In this document: piece after piece, positions 38,393 to 51,858 of the stretch | How the letters are laid out: each line of letters begins with the position of its first letter | Numbering within the stretch: position 1 is the first letter of the stretch | Source: Squalus acanthias | Lineage: Eukaryota | Assembly (NCBI GenBank): GCA_030390025.1 | Contig: CM059436.1 | Coordinates: 93,868,001-93,932,000, forward strand | Reading direction: 5' to 3' | DNA: 64,000 bases | The notes under the pieces: model-generated | What the model was told of the DNA's origin: nothing | Databases searched by the model: none | The model's input: the letters and a program-made list of their open reading frames with translations, nothing else | Position numbers and translations under genes: made by a program

Positions 38393-39773
38393 AAATAGGT
38401 AGTATCATGGGGTTCCTGGCAAGGTGCGAGAGCTGTCTCCTAAAGCCATGGTGACAAATCAACAGCACTCCTATCGATTCTGAATACGAAAAGACAGCAA
38501 CTTGAAGGGCTCTAAATCACCGGAATCGCTGTTGAAACCACCAGAAAATTGAGCGCAACAGGCAGCGCTCGTTTCAACTGCAAATCCTGCATGATATGCA
38601 AATTCATAGGTGAACATTGCATTGTGGGCAAACTTATTTCCTCCGGGTTAAAGTCGGAGCTCAATGTCTTGCACAGAAGCTGCGTTGAAATGCTAAAGTC
38701 GCAGGCACGCCTGGTCACACTTTGAACTCCAAAACATTTGTGTCAAAATGCTAAATGCTTTTCTATGTTTTAGCTTGGGATTGGTTGCTTTAATTCAATC
38801 ACAGTCCAAAAAGAGCTAAAGAACCAGAATCACTGACAGAAATAACACCCTTGCTTAACTGCGTACAATGTTTCGTCGTTGACGTCGCCTGTCACCAGTC
38901 GCCTGTCACTATTTCTTTCTTATGTTCTTAGGCAGCTTGCCTGAGGAAGGAGCGAAGCCGCACAATTCAAAAGGAAACATTTCTTCAGGTTATGTGTGTG
39001 ATTGGCAGCTAAATTTGAATGAATGGACAATTTTTTAATTGAAAACAATAGGCCCTTCATGTCAATGACTTTTACTTGGAACCTTCAAAGACAATCCATC
39101 TGGGATCCCTGAAGAGTGTCAAATAAAATAGATAGCTCCCATAGCTGTTGAGAAAAGCCAAAGAGATCCGTTACATATGGCGATGGATTGCAAGCAGTTT
39201 AGCAGAGAGTTGCAGACCATGTATTGTTTTCCCCTACACAGGGAGCTCGTAAAGTTGAACATGAACTGTGAAAAGGTAGGTGTTAATTTCCCGTTATTTC
39301 CTTGCTTGCTCAGTAGTGTGCAATACATTGGTTTGGCAGTTGAAAACTCATAAGAAAGAGTAGTTTTCTGCTTCGTTTCAGCATCCACGGTATTTTGCAT
39401 TTGTAGGAGTGTTGTGCTGCTGCTTTGAAGACAAGGAACTCGGGATAGATGCGGTATTTAAAGCAATCTAAGGACGTTGTTTTCATTATCACAGGCATGC
39501 TTACAGAGCTATCAGGGCATGCGAAGACACTCTCGAGAACATGGGAAGCGATGGCTCAGCTACCAGAGCAATGAGAAACACAAGCTAAAAGCATCAGAGT
39601 GAAAAGAGCTACCAACGTAACGCTATCTACATTCAGCAGCTTTTTTTGGGTCAATTTTGCACTTCTGAAAGCCTGCTGACGTCACAACAATGCTTGAACA
39701 CTCAAGCCTCTTACAAACAGCAATCAAAGTACTAAGCACTTGACTTCTATCTATTTTTCCACACTTGATGGCA

Positions 39774-39888
39774 AACCCGACTAATGTCAGGCATTCAAAA
39801 AATTCTTTCAATCTCTAAACCAATTCTCTCCACGGAAATCTTTAGTAAAAGGCGAAAGATTTATACGATATGAAGAGAACTTAGAGTT
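39774..39888 (-). ncRNA. RNU5: U5 snRNA, copy 15
   Basis: Full U5; Sm AAUUUUUUGAA. Confidence 0.95.
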
Positions 39889-41270
39889 AAATAGGTAGTA
39901 TCATGGGGTTCCTGGCAAGGTGCGAGAGCTGTCTCCTAAAGCCATGGTGACAAATCAACAGCACTCCTATCGATTCTGAATACGAAAAGACAGCAACTTG
40001 AAGGGCTCTAAATCACCGGAATCGCTGTTGAAACCACCAGAAAATTGAGCGCAAGAGGCAGCGCTCGTTTCAACTGCAAATCCTGCATGATATGCAAATT
40101 CATAGGTGAACATTGCATTGTGGGCAAACTTATTTCCTCCGGGTTAAAGTCGGAGCTCAATGTCTTGCACAGAAGCTGCGTTGAAATGCTAAAGTCGCAG
40201 GCACGCCTGGTCACACTTTGAACTCCAAAACATTTGTGTCAAAATGCTAAATGCTTTTCTATGTTTTAGCTTGGGATTGGTTGCTTTAATTCAATCACAG
40301 TCCAAAAAGAGCTAAAGAACCAGAATCACTGACAGAAATAACACCCTTGCTTAACTGCGTACAATGTTTCGTCGTTGACGTCGCCTGTCACCAGTCGCCT
40401 GTCACTATTTCTTTCTTATGTTCTTAGGCAGCTTGCCTGAGGAAGGAGCGAAGCCGCACAATTCAAAAGGAAACATTTCTTCAGGTTATGTGTGTGATTG
40501 GCAGCTAAATTTGAATGGAATGGACAATTTTTTAATTGAAAACAATAGGCCTTCATGTCAATGACTTTTACTTGGAACCTTCAAAGACAATCCATCTGGG
40601 ATCCCTGAAGAGTGTCAAATAAAATAGATAGCTCCCATAGCTGTTGAGAAAAGCCAAAGAGATCCGTTACATATGGCGATGGATTGCAAGCAGTTTAGCA
40701 GAGAGTTGCAGACCATGTATTGTTTTCCCCTACACAGGGAGCTCGTAAAGTTGAACATGAACTGTGAAAAGGTAGGTGTTAATTTCCCGTTATTTCCTTG
40801 CTTGCTCAGTAGTGTGCAATACATTGGTTTGGCAGTTGAAAACTCATAAGAAAGAGTAGTTTTCTGCTTCGTTTCAGCATCCACGGTATTTTGCATTTGT
40901 AGGAGTGTTGTGCTGCTGCTTTGAAGACAAGGAACTCGGGATAGATGCGGTATTTAAAGCAATCTAAGGACGTTGTTTTCATTATCACAGGCATGCTTAC
41001 AGAGCTATCAGGGCATGCGAAGACACTCTCGAGAACATGGGAAGCGATGGCTCAGCTACCAGAGCAATGAGAAACACAAGCTAAAAGCATCCAGAGTGAA
41101 AAGAGCTACCAACGTAACGCTATCTACATTCAGCAGCTTTTTTTGGGTCAATTTTGCACTTCTGAAAGCCTGCTGACGTCACAACAATGCTTGAACACTC
41201 AAGCCTCTTACAAACAGCAATCAAAGTACTAAGCACTTGACTTCTGTCTATTTTTCCACACTTGATGGCA

Positions 41271-41385
41271 AACCCGACTAATGTCAGGCATTCAAAAAAT
41301 TCTTTCAATCTCTAAACCAATTCTCTCCACGGAAATCTTTAGTAAAAGGCGAAAGATTTATACGATATGAAGAGAACTTAGAGTT
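41271..41385 (-). ncRNA. RNU5: U5 snRNA, copy 16
   Basis: Full U5; Sm AAUUUUUUGAA. Confidence 0.95.
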
Positions 41386-42764
41386 AAATAGGTAGTATCA
41401 TGGGGTTCCTGGCAAGGTGCGAGAGCTGTCTCCTAAAGCCATGGTGACAAATCAACAGCACTCCTATCGATTCTGAATACGAAAAGACAGCAACTTGAAG
41501 GGCTCTAAATCACCGGAATCGCTGTTGAAACCACCAGAAAATTGAGCGCAACAGGCAGCGCTCGTTTCAACTGCAAATCCTGCATGATATGCAAATTCAT
41601 AGGTGAACATTGCATTGTGGGCAAACTTATTTCCTCCGGGTTAAAGTCGGAGCTCAATGTCTTGCACAGAAGCTGCGTTGAAATGCTAAAGTCGCAGGCA
41701 CGCCTGGTCACACTTTGAACTCCAAACATTTGTGTCAAAATGCTAAATGCTTTTCTATGTTTTAGCTTGGGATTGGTTGCTTTAATTCAATCACAGTCCA
41801 AAAAGAGCTAAAGAACCAGAATCACTGACAGAAATAACACCCTTGCTTACTGCGTACAATGTTTCGTCGTTGACGTCGCCTGTCACCAGTCGCCTGTCAC
41901 TATTTCTTTCTTATGTTCTTAGGCAGCTTGCCTGAGGAAGGAGCGAAGCCACACAATTCAAAAGGAAACATTTCTTCAGGTTATGTGTGTGATTGGCAGC
42001 TAAATTTGAATGGAATGGACAATTTTTAATTGAAAACAATAGGCCTTCATGTCAATGACTTTTACTTGGAACCTTCAAAGACAATCCATCTGGGATCCCT
42101 GAAGAGTGTCAAATAAAATAGATAGCTCCCATAGCTGTTGAGAAAAGCCAAAGAGATCCGTTACATATGGCGATGGATTGCAAGCAGTTTAGCAGAGAGT
42201 TGCAGACCATGTATTGTTTTCCCCTACACAGGGAGCTCGTAAAGTTGAACATGAACTGTGAAAAGGTAGGTGTTAATTTCCCGTTATTTCCTTGCTTGCT
42301 CAGTAGTGTGCAATACATTGGTTTGGCAGTTGAAAACTCATAAGAAAGAGTAGTTTTCTGCTTCGTTTCAGCATCCACGGTATTTTGCATTTGTAGGAGT
42401 GTTGTGCTGCTGCTTTGAAGACAAGGAACTCGGGATAGATGCGGTATTTAAAGCAATCTAAGGACGTTGTTTTCATTATCACAGGCATGCTTACAGAGCT
42501 ATCAGGGCATGCGAAGACACTCTCGAGAACATGGGAAGCGATGGCTCAGCTACCAGAGCAATGAGAAACACAAGCTAAAAGCATCCAGAGTGAAAAGAGC
42601 TACCAACGTAACGCTATCTACATTCAGCAGCTTTTTTTGGGTCAATTTTGCACTTCTGAAAGCCTGCTGACGTCACAACAATGCTTGAACACTCAAGCCT
42701 CTTACAAACAGCAATCAAAGTACTAAGCACTTGACTTCTATCTATTTTTCCACACTTGATGGCA

Positions 42765-42878
42765 AACCCGACTAATGTCAGGCATTAAAAATATATTTCA
42801 ATCTCTAAACCAATTCTCTCCACGGAAATCTTTAGTAAAAGGCGAAAGATTTATACGATATGAAGAGAACTTAGAGTT
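42765..42878 (-). ncRNA. RNU5: U5 snRNA, copy 17 (altered Sm region)
   Basis: U5; the Sm region reads AAAUAUAUUUUUAA. Confidence 0.9.
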
Positions 42879-44260
42879 AAATAGGTAGTATCATGGGGTT
42901 CCTGGCAAGGTGCGAGAGCTGTCTCCTAAAGCCATGGTGACAAATCAACAGCACTCCTATCGATTCTGAATACGAAAAAGACAGCAACTTGAAGGGCTCT
43001 AAATCACCGGAATCGCTGTTGAAACCACCAGAAAATTGAGCGCAACAGGCAGCGCTCGTTTCAACTGCAAATCCTGCATGATATGCAAATTCATAGGTGA
43101 ACATTGCATTGTGGGCAAACTTATTTCCTCCGGGTTAAAGTCGGAGCTCAATGTCTTGCACAGAAGCTGCGTTGAAATGCTAAAGTCGCAGGCACGCCTG
43201 GTCACACTTTGAACTCCAAAACATTTGTGTCAAAATGCTAAATGCTTTTCTATGTTTTAGCTTGGGATTGGTTGCTTTAATTCAATCACAGTCCAAAAGA
43301 GCAAAAGAACCAGAATCACTGACAGAAATAACACCCTTGCTTAACTGCGTACAATGTTTCGTCGTTGACGTCGCCTGTCACCAGTCGCCTGTCACTATTT
43401 CTTTCTTATGTTCTTAGGCAGCTTGCCTGAGGAAGGAGCGAAGCCACACAATTCAAAAGGAAACATTTCTTCAGGTTATGTGTGTGATTGGCAGCTAAAT
43501 TTGAATGGAATGGACAATTTTTTAATTGAAAACAATAGGCCTTCATGTCAATGACTTTTACTTGGAACCTTCAAAGACAATCCATCTGGGATCCCTGAAG
43601 AGTGTCAAATAAAATAGATAGCTCCCATAGCTGTTGAGAAAAGCCAAAGAGATCCGTTACATATGGCGATGGATTGCAAGCAGTTTAGCAGAGAGTTGCA
43701 GACCATGTATTGTTTTCCCCTACACAGGGAGCTCGTAAAGTTGAACATGAACTGTGAAAAGGTAGGTGTTAATTTCCCGTTATTTCCTTGCTTGCTCAGT
43801 AGTGTGCAATACATTGGTTTGGCAGTTGAAAACTCATAAGAAAGAGTAGTTTTCTGCTTCGTTTCAGCATCCACGGTATTTTGCATTTGTAGGAGTGTTG
43901 TGCTGCTGCTTTGAAGACAAGGAACTCGGGATAGATGCGGTATTTAAAGCAATCTAAGGACGTTGTTTTCATTATCACAGGCATGCTTACAGAGCTATCA
44001 GGGCATGCGAAGACACTCTCGAGAACATGGGAAGCGATGGCTCAGCTACCAGAGCAATGAGAAACACAAGCTAAAAGCATCCAGAGTGAAAAGAGCTACC
44101 AACGTAACGCTATCTACATTCAGCAGCTTTTTTTGGGTCAATTTTGCACTTCTGAAAGCCTGCTGACGTCACAACAATGCTTGAACACTCAAGCCTCTTA
44201 CAAACAGCAATCAAAGTACTAAGCACTTGACTTCTATCTATTTTTCCACACTTGATGGCA

Positions 44261-44375
44261 AACCCGACTAATGTCAGGCATTCAAAAAATTCTTTCAATC
44301 TCTAAACCAATTCTCTCCACGGAAATCTTTAGTAAAAGGCGAAAGATTTATACGATATGAAGAGAACTTAGAGTT
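44261..44375 (-). ncRNA. RNU5: U5 snRNA, copy 18
   Basis: Full U5; Sm AAUUUUUUGAA. Confidence 0.95.
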
Positions 44376-45756
44376 AAATAGGTAGTATCATGGGGTTCCT
44401 GGCAAGGTGCGAGAGCTGTCTCCTAAAGCCATGGTGACAAATCAACAGCACTCCTATCGATTCGGAATACGAAAAGACAGCAACTTGAAGGGCTCTAAAT
44501 CACCGGAATCGCTGTTGAAACCACCAGAAAATTGAGCGCAACAGGCAGCGCTCGTTTCAACTGCAAATCCTGCATGATATGCAAATTCATAGGTGAACAT
44601 TGCATTGTGGGCAAACTTATTTCCTCCGGGTTAAAGTCGGAGCTCAATGTCTTGCACAGAAGCTGCGTTGAAATGCTAAAGTCGCAGGCACGCCTGGTCA
44701 CACTTTGAACTCCAAAACATTGTGTCAAAATGCTAAATGCTTTTCTATGTTTTAGCTTGGGATTGGTTGCTTTAATTCAATCACAGTCCAAAAAGAGCAA
44801 AAGAACCAGAATCACTGACAGAAATAACACCCTTGCTTAACTGCGTACAATGTTTCGTCGTTGACGTCGCCTGTCACCAGTCGCCTGTCACTATTTCTTT
44901 CTTATGTTCTTAGGCAGCTTGCCTGAGGAAGGAGCGAAGCCACACAATTCAAAAGGAAACATTTCTTCAGGTTATGTGTGTGATTGGCAGCTAAATTTGA
45001 ATGGAATGGACAATTTTTTAATTGAAAACAATAGGCCTTCATGTCAATGACTTTTACTTGGAACCTTCAAAGACAATCCATCTGGGATCCCTGAAGAGTG
45101 TCAAATAAAATAGATAGCTCCCATAGCTGTTGAGAAAAGCCAAAGAGATCCGTTACATATGGCGATGGATTGCAAGCAGTTTAGCAGAGAGTTGCAGACC
45201 ATGTATTGTTTTCCCCTACACAGGGAGCTCGTAAAGTTGAACATGAACTGTGAAAAGGTAGGTGTTAATTTCCCGTTATTTCCTTGCTTGCTCAGTAGTG
45301 TGCAATACATTGGTTTGGCAGTTGAAAACTCATAAGAAAGAGTAGTTTTCTGCTTCGTTTCAGCATCCACGGTATTTTGCATTTGTAGGAGTGTTGTGCT
45401 GCTGCTTTGAAGACAAGGAACTCGGGATAGATGCGGTATTTAAAGCAATCTAAGGACGTTGTTTTCATTATCACAGGCATGCTTACAGAGCTATCAGGGC
45501 ATGCGAAGACACTCTCGAGAACATGGGAAGCGATGGCTCAGCTACCAGAGCAATGAGAAACACAAGCTAAAAGCATCCAGAGTGAAAAGAGCTACCAACG
45601 TAACGCTATCTACATTCAGCAGCTTTTTTTGGGTCAATTTTGCACTTCTGAAAGCCTGCTGACGTCACAACAATGCTTGAACACTCAAGCCTCTTACAAA
45701 CAGCAATCAAAGTGCTAAGCACTTGACTTCTATCTATTTTTCCACACTTGATGGCA

Positions 45757-45871
45757 AACCCGACTAATGTCAGGCATTCAAAAAATTCTTTCAATCTCTA
45801 AACCAATTCTCTCCACGGAAATCTTTAGTAAAAGGCAAAAGATTTATACGATATGAAGAGAACTTAGAGTT
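45757..45871 (-). ncRNA. RNU5: U5 snRNA, copy 19
   Basis: U5; Sm AAUUUUUUGAA; C>U just 5' of loop 1 GCCUUUUAC. Confidence 0.95.
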
Positions 45872-47253
45872 AAATAGGTAGTATCATGGGGTTCCTGGCA
45901 AGGTGCGAGAGCTGTCTCCTAAAGCCATGGTGACAAATCAACAGCACTCCTATCGATTCTGAATACAAAAAGACAGCAACTTGAAGGGCTCTAAATCACC
46001 GGAATCGCTGTTGAAACCACCAGAAAATTGAGCGCAACAGGCAGCGCTCGTTTCAACTGCAAATCCTGCATGATATGCAAATTCATAGGTGAACATTGCA
46101 TTGTGGGCAAACTTATTTCCTCCGGGTTAAAGTCGGAGCTCAATGTCTTGCACAGAAGCTGCGTTGAAATGCTAAAGTCGCAGGCACGCCTGGTCACACT
46201 TTGAACTCCAAAACATTTGTGTCAAAATGCTAAATGCTTTTCTATGTTTTAGCTTGGGATTGGTTGCTTTAATTCAATCACAGTCCAAAAAGAGCAAAAG
46301 AACCAGAATCACTGACAGAAATAACACCCTTGCTTAACTGCGTACAATGTTTCGTCGTTGACGTCGCCTGTCACCAGTCGCCTGTCACTATTTCTTTCTT
46401 ATGTTCTTAGGCAGCTTGCCTGAGGAAGGAGCGAAGCCACACAATTCAAAAGGAAACATTTCTTCAGGTTATGTGTGTGATTGGCAGCTAAATTTGAATG
46501 GAATGGACAATTTTTTAATTGTAAACAATAGGCCTTCATGTCAATGACTTTTACTTGGAACCTTCAAAGACAATCCATCTGGGATCCCTGAAGAGTGTCA
46601 AATAAAATAGATAGCTCCCATAGCTGTTGAGAAAAGCCAAAGAGATCCGTTACATATGGCGATGGATTGCAAGCAGTTTAGCAGAGAGTTGCAGACCATG
46701 TATTGTTTTCCCCTACACAGGGAGCTCGTAAAGTTGAACATGAACTGTGAAAAGGTAGGTGTTAATTTCCCGTTATTTCCTTGCTTGCTCAGTAGTGTGC
46801 AATACATTGGTTTGGCAGTTGAAAACTCATAAGAAAGAGTAGTTTTCTGCTTCGTTTCAGCATCCACGGTATTTTGCATTTGTAGGAGTGTTGTGCTGCT
46901 GCTTTGAAGACAAGGAACTCGGGATAGATGCGGTATTTAAAGCAATCTAAGGACGTTGTTTTCATTATCACAGGCATGCTTACAGAGCTATCAGGGCATG
47001 CGAAGACACTCTCGAGAACATGGGAAGCGATGGCTCAGCTACCAGAGCAATGAGAAACACAAGCTAAAAGCATCCAGAGTGAAAAGAGCTACCAACGTAA
47101 CGCTATCTACATTCAGCAGCTTTTTTTGGGTCAATTTTGCACTTCTGAAAGCCTGCTGACGTCACAACAATGCTTGAACACTCAAGCCTCTTACAAACAG
47201 CAATCAAAGTACTAAGCACTTGACTTCTATCTATTTTTCCACACTTGATGGCA

Positions 47254-47368
47254 AACCCGACTAATGTCAGGCATTAAAAAAATTCTTTCAATCTCTAAAC
47301 CAATTCTCTCCACGGAAATCTTTAGTAAAAGGCGAAAGATTTATACGATATGAAGAGAACTTAGAGTT
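47254..47368 (-). ncRNA. RNU5: U5 snRNA, copy 20
   Basis: Full U5; Sm AAUUUUUUUAA. Confidence 0.95.
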
Positions 47369-48750
47369 AAATAGGTAGTATCATGGGGTTCCTGGCAAGG
47401 TGCGAGAGCTGTCTCCTAAAGCCATGGTGACAAATCAACAGCACTCCTATCGATTCGGAATACGAAAAGACAGCAACTTGAAGGGCTCTAAATCACCGGA
47501 ATCGCTGTTGAAACCACCAGAAAATTGAGCGCAACAGGCAGCGCTCGTTTCAACTGCAAATCCTGCATGATATGCAAATTCATAGGTGAACATTGCATTG
47601 TGGGCAAACTTATTTCCTCCGGGTTAAAGTCGGAGCTCAATGTCTTGCACAGAAGCTGCGTTGAAATGCTAAAGTCGCAGGCACGCCTGGTCACACTTTG
47701 AACTCCAAAACATTTGTGTCAAAATGCTAAATGCTTTTCTATGTTTTAGCTTGGGATTGGTTGCTTTAATTCAATCACAGTCCAAAAAGAGCTAAAGAAC
47801 CAGAATCACTGACAGAAATAACACCCTTGCTTAACTGCGTACAATGTTTCGTCGTTGACGTCGCCTGTCACCAGTCGCCTGTCACTATTTCTTTCTTATG
47901 TTCTTAGGCAGCTTGCCTGAGGAAGGAGCGAAGCCACACAATTCAAAAGGAAACATTTCTTCAGGTTATGTGTGTGATTGGCAGCTAAATTTGAATGGAA
48001 TGGACAATTTTTTAATTGAAAACAATAGGCCTTCATGTCAATGACTTTTACTTGGAACCTTCAAAGACAATCCATCTGGGATCCCTGAAGAGTGTCAAAT
48101 AAAATAGATAGCTCCCATAGCTGTTGAGAAAAGCCAAAGAGATCCGTTACATATGGCGATGGATTGCAAGCAGTTTAGCAGAGAGTTGCAGACCATGTAT
48201 TGTTTTCCCCTACACAGGGAGCTCGTAAAGTTGAACATGAACTGTGAAAAGGTAGGTGTTAATTTCCCGTTATTTCCTTGCTTGCTCAGTAGTGTGCAAT
48301 ACATTGGTTTGGCAGTTGAAAACTCATAAGAAAGAGTAGTTTTCTGCTTCGTTTCAGCATCCACGGTATTTTGCATTTGTAGGAGTGTTGTGCTGCTGCT
48401 TTGAAGACAAGGAACTCGGGATAGATGCGGTATTTAAAGCAATCTAAGGACGTTGTTTTCATTATCACAGGCATGCTTACAGAGCTATCAGGGCATGCGA
48501 AGACACTCTCGAGAACATGGGAAGCGATGGCTCAGCTACCAGAGCAATGAGAAACACAAGCTAAAAGCATCCAGAGTGAAAAGAGCTACCAACGTAACGC
48601 TATCTACATTCAGCAGCTTTTTTTGGGTCAATTTTGCACTTCTGAAAGCCTGCTGACGTCACAACAATGCTTGAACACTCAAGCCTCTTACAAACAGCAA
48701 TCAAAGTACTAAGCACTTGACTTCTGTCTATTTTTCCACACTTGATGGCA

Positions 48751-48865
48751 AACCCGACTAATGTCAGGCATTCAAAAAATTCTTTCAATCTCTAAACCAA
48801 TTCTCTCCACGGAAATCTTTAGTAAAAGGCGAAAGATTTATACGATATGAAGAGAACTTAGAGTT
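48751..48865 (-). ncRNA. RNU5: U5 snRNA, copy 21
   Basis: Full U5; Sm AAUUUUUUGAA. Confidence 0.95.
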
Positions 48866-50247
48866 AAATAGGTAGTATCATGGGGTTCCTGGCAAGGTGC
48901 GAGAGCTGTCTCCTAAAGCCATGGTGACAAATCAACAGCACTCCTATCGATTCTGAATACGAAAAGACAGCAACTTGAAGGGCTCTAAATCACCGGAATC
49001 GCTGTTGAAACCACCAGAAAATTGAGCGCAAGAGGCAGCGCTCGTTTCAACTGCAAATCCTGCATGATATGCAAATTCATAGGTGAACATTGCATTGTGG
49101 GCAAACTTATTTCCTCCGGGTTAAAGTCGGAGCTCAATGTCTTGCACAGAAGCTGCGTTGAAATGCTAAAGTCGCAGGCACGCCTGGTCACACTTTGAAC
49201 TCCAAAACATTTGTGTCAAAATGCTAAATGCTTTTCTATGTTTTAGCTTGGGATTGGTTGCTTTAATTCAATCACAGTCCAAAAAGAGCTAAAGAACCAG
49301 AATCACTGACAGAAATAACACCCTTGCTTAACTGCGTACAATGTTTCGTCGTTGACGTCGCCTGTCACCAGTCGCCTGTCACTATTTCTTTCTTATGTTC
49401 TTAGGCAGCTTGCCTGAGGAAGGAGCGAAGCCGCACAATTCAAAAGGAAACATTTCTTCAGGTTATGTGTGTGATTGGCAGCTAAATTTGAATGGAATGG
49501 ACAATTTTTTAATTGAAAACAATAGGCCTTCATGTCAATGACTTTTACTTGGAACCTTCAAAGACAATCCATCTGGGATCCCTGAAGAGTGTCAAATAAA
49601 ATAGATAGCTCCCATAGCTGTTGAGAAAAGCCAAAGAGATCCGTTACATATGGCGATGGATTGCAAGCAGTTTAGCAGAGAGTTGCAGACCATGTATTGT
49701 TTTCCCCTACACAGGGAGCTCGTAAAGTTGAACATGAACTGTGAAAAGGTAGGTGTTAATTTCCCGTTATTTCCTTGCTTGCTCAGTAGTGTGCAATACA
49801 TTGGTTTGGCAGTTGAAAACTCATAAGAAAGAGTAGTTTTCTGCTTCGTTTCAGCATCCACGGTATTTTGCATTTGTAGGAGTGTTGTGCTGCTGCTTTG
49901 AAGACAAGGAACTCGGGATAGATGCGGTATTTAAAGCAATCTAAGGACGTTGTTTTCATTATCACAGGCATGCTTACAGAGCTATCAGGGCATGCGAAGA
50001 CACTCTCGAGAACATGGGAAGCGATGGCTCAGCTACCAGAGCAATGAGAAACACAAGCTAAAAGCATCCAGAGTGAAAAGAGCTACCAACGTAACGCTAT
50101 CTACATTCAGCAGCTTTTTTTGGGTCAATTTTGCACTTCTGAAAGCCTGCTGACGTCACAACAATGCTTGAACACTCAAGCCTCTTACAAACAGCAATCA
50201 AAGTACTAAGCACTTGACTTCTATCTATTTTTCCACACGTGATGGCA

Positions 50248-50362
50248 AACCCGACTAATGTCAGGCATTCAAAAAATTCTTTCAATCTCTAAACCAATTC
50301 TCTCCACGGAAATCTTTAGTAAAAGGCGAAAGATTTATACGATATGAAGAGAACTTAGAGTT
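50248..50362 (-). ncRNA. RNU5: U5 snRNA, copy 22
   Basis: Full U5; Sm AAUUUUUUGAA. Confidence 0.95.
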
Positions 50363-51743
50363 AAATAGGTAGTATCATGGGGTTCCTGGCAAGGTGCGAG
50401 AGCTGTCTCCTAAAGCCATGGTGACAAATCAACAGCACTCCTATCGATTCTGAATACGAAAAGACAGCAACTTGAAGGGCTCTAAATCACCGGAATCGCT
50501 GTTGAAACCACCAGAAAATTGAGCGCAAGAGGCAGCGCTCGTTTCAACTGCAAATCCTGCATGATATGCAAATTCATAGGTGAACATTGCATTGTGGGCA
50601 AACTTATTTCCTCCGGGTTAAAGTCGGAGCTCAATGTCTTGCACAGAAGCTGCGTTGAAATGCTAAGTCGCAGGCACGCCTGGTCACACTTTGAACTCCA
50701 AAACATTTGTGTCAAAATGCTAAATGCTTTTCTATGTTTTAGCTTGGGATTGGTTGCTTTAATTCAATCACAGTCCAAAAAGAGCTAAAGAACCAGAATC
50801 ACTGACAGAAATAACACCCTTGCTTAACTGCGTACAATGTTTCGTCGTTGACGTCGCCTGTCACCAGTCGCCTGTCACTATTTCTTTCTTATGTTCTTAG
50901 GCAGCTTGCCTGAGGAAGGAGCGAAGCCACACAATTCAAAAGGAAACATTTCTTCAGGTTATGTGTGTGATTGGCAGCTAAATTTGAATGGAATGGACAA
51001 TTTTTTAATTGAAAACAATAGGCCTTCATGTCAATGACTTTTACTTGGAACCTTCAAAGACAATCCATCTGGGATCCCTGAAGAGTGTCAAATAAAATAG
51101 ATAGCTCCCATAGCTGTTGAGAAAAGCCAAAGAGATCCGTTACATATGGCGATGGATTGCAAGCAGTTTAGCAGAGAGTTGCAGACCATGTATTGTTTTC
51201 CCCTACACAGGGAGCTCGTAAAGTTGAACATGAACTGTGAAAAGGTAGGTGTTAATTTCCCGTTATTTCCTTGCTTGCTCAGTAGTGTGCAATACATTGG
51301 TTTGGCAGTTGAAAACTCATAAGAAAGAGTAGTTTTCTGCTTCGTTTCAGCATCCACGGTATTTTGCATTTGTAGGAGTGTTGTGCTGCTGCTTTGAAGA
51401 CAAGGAACTCGGGATAGATGCGGTATTTAAAGCAATCTAAGGACGTTGTTTTCATTATCACAGGCATGCTTACAGAGCTATCAGGGCATGCGAAGACACT
51501 CTCGAGAACATGGGAAGCGATGGCTCAGCTACCAGAGCAATGAGAAACACAAGCTAAAAGCATCCAGAGTGAAAAGAGCTACCAACGTAACGCTATCTAC
51601 ATTCAGCAGCTTTTTTTGGGTCAATTTTGCACTTCTGAAAGCCTGCTGACGTCACAACAATGCTTGAACACTCAAGCCTCTTACAAACAGCAATCAAAGT
51701 ACTAAGCACTTGACTTCTATCTATTTTTCCACACGTGATGGCA

Positions 51744-51858
51744 AACCCGACTAATGTCAGGCATTCAAAAAATTCTTTCAATCTCTAAACCAATTCTCTC
51801 CACGGAAATCTTTAGTAAAAGGCGAAAGATTTATACGATATGAAGAGAACTTAGAGTT
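51744..51858 (-). ncRNA. RNU5: U5 snRNA, copy 23
   Basis: Full U5; Sm AAUUUUUUGAA. Confidence 0.95.
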
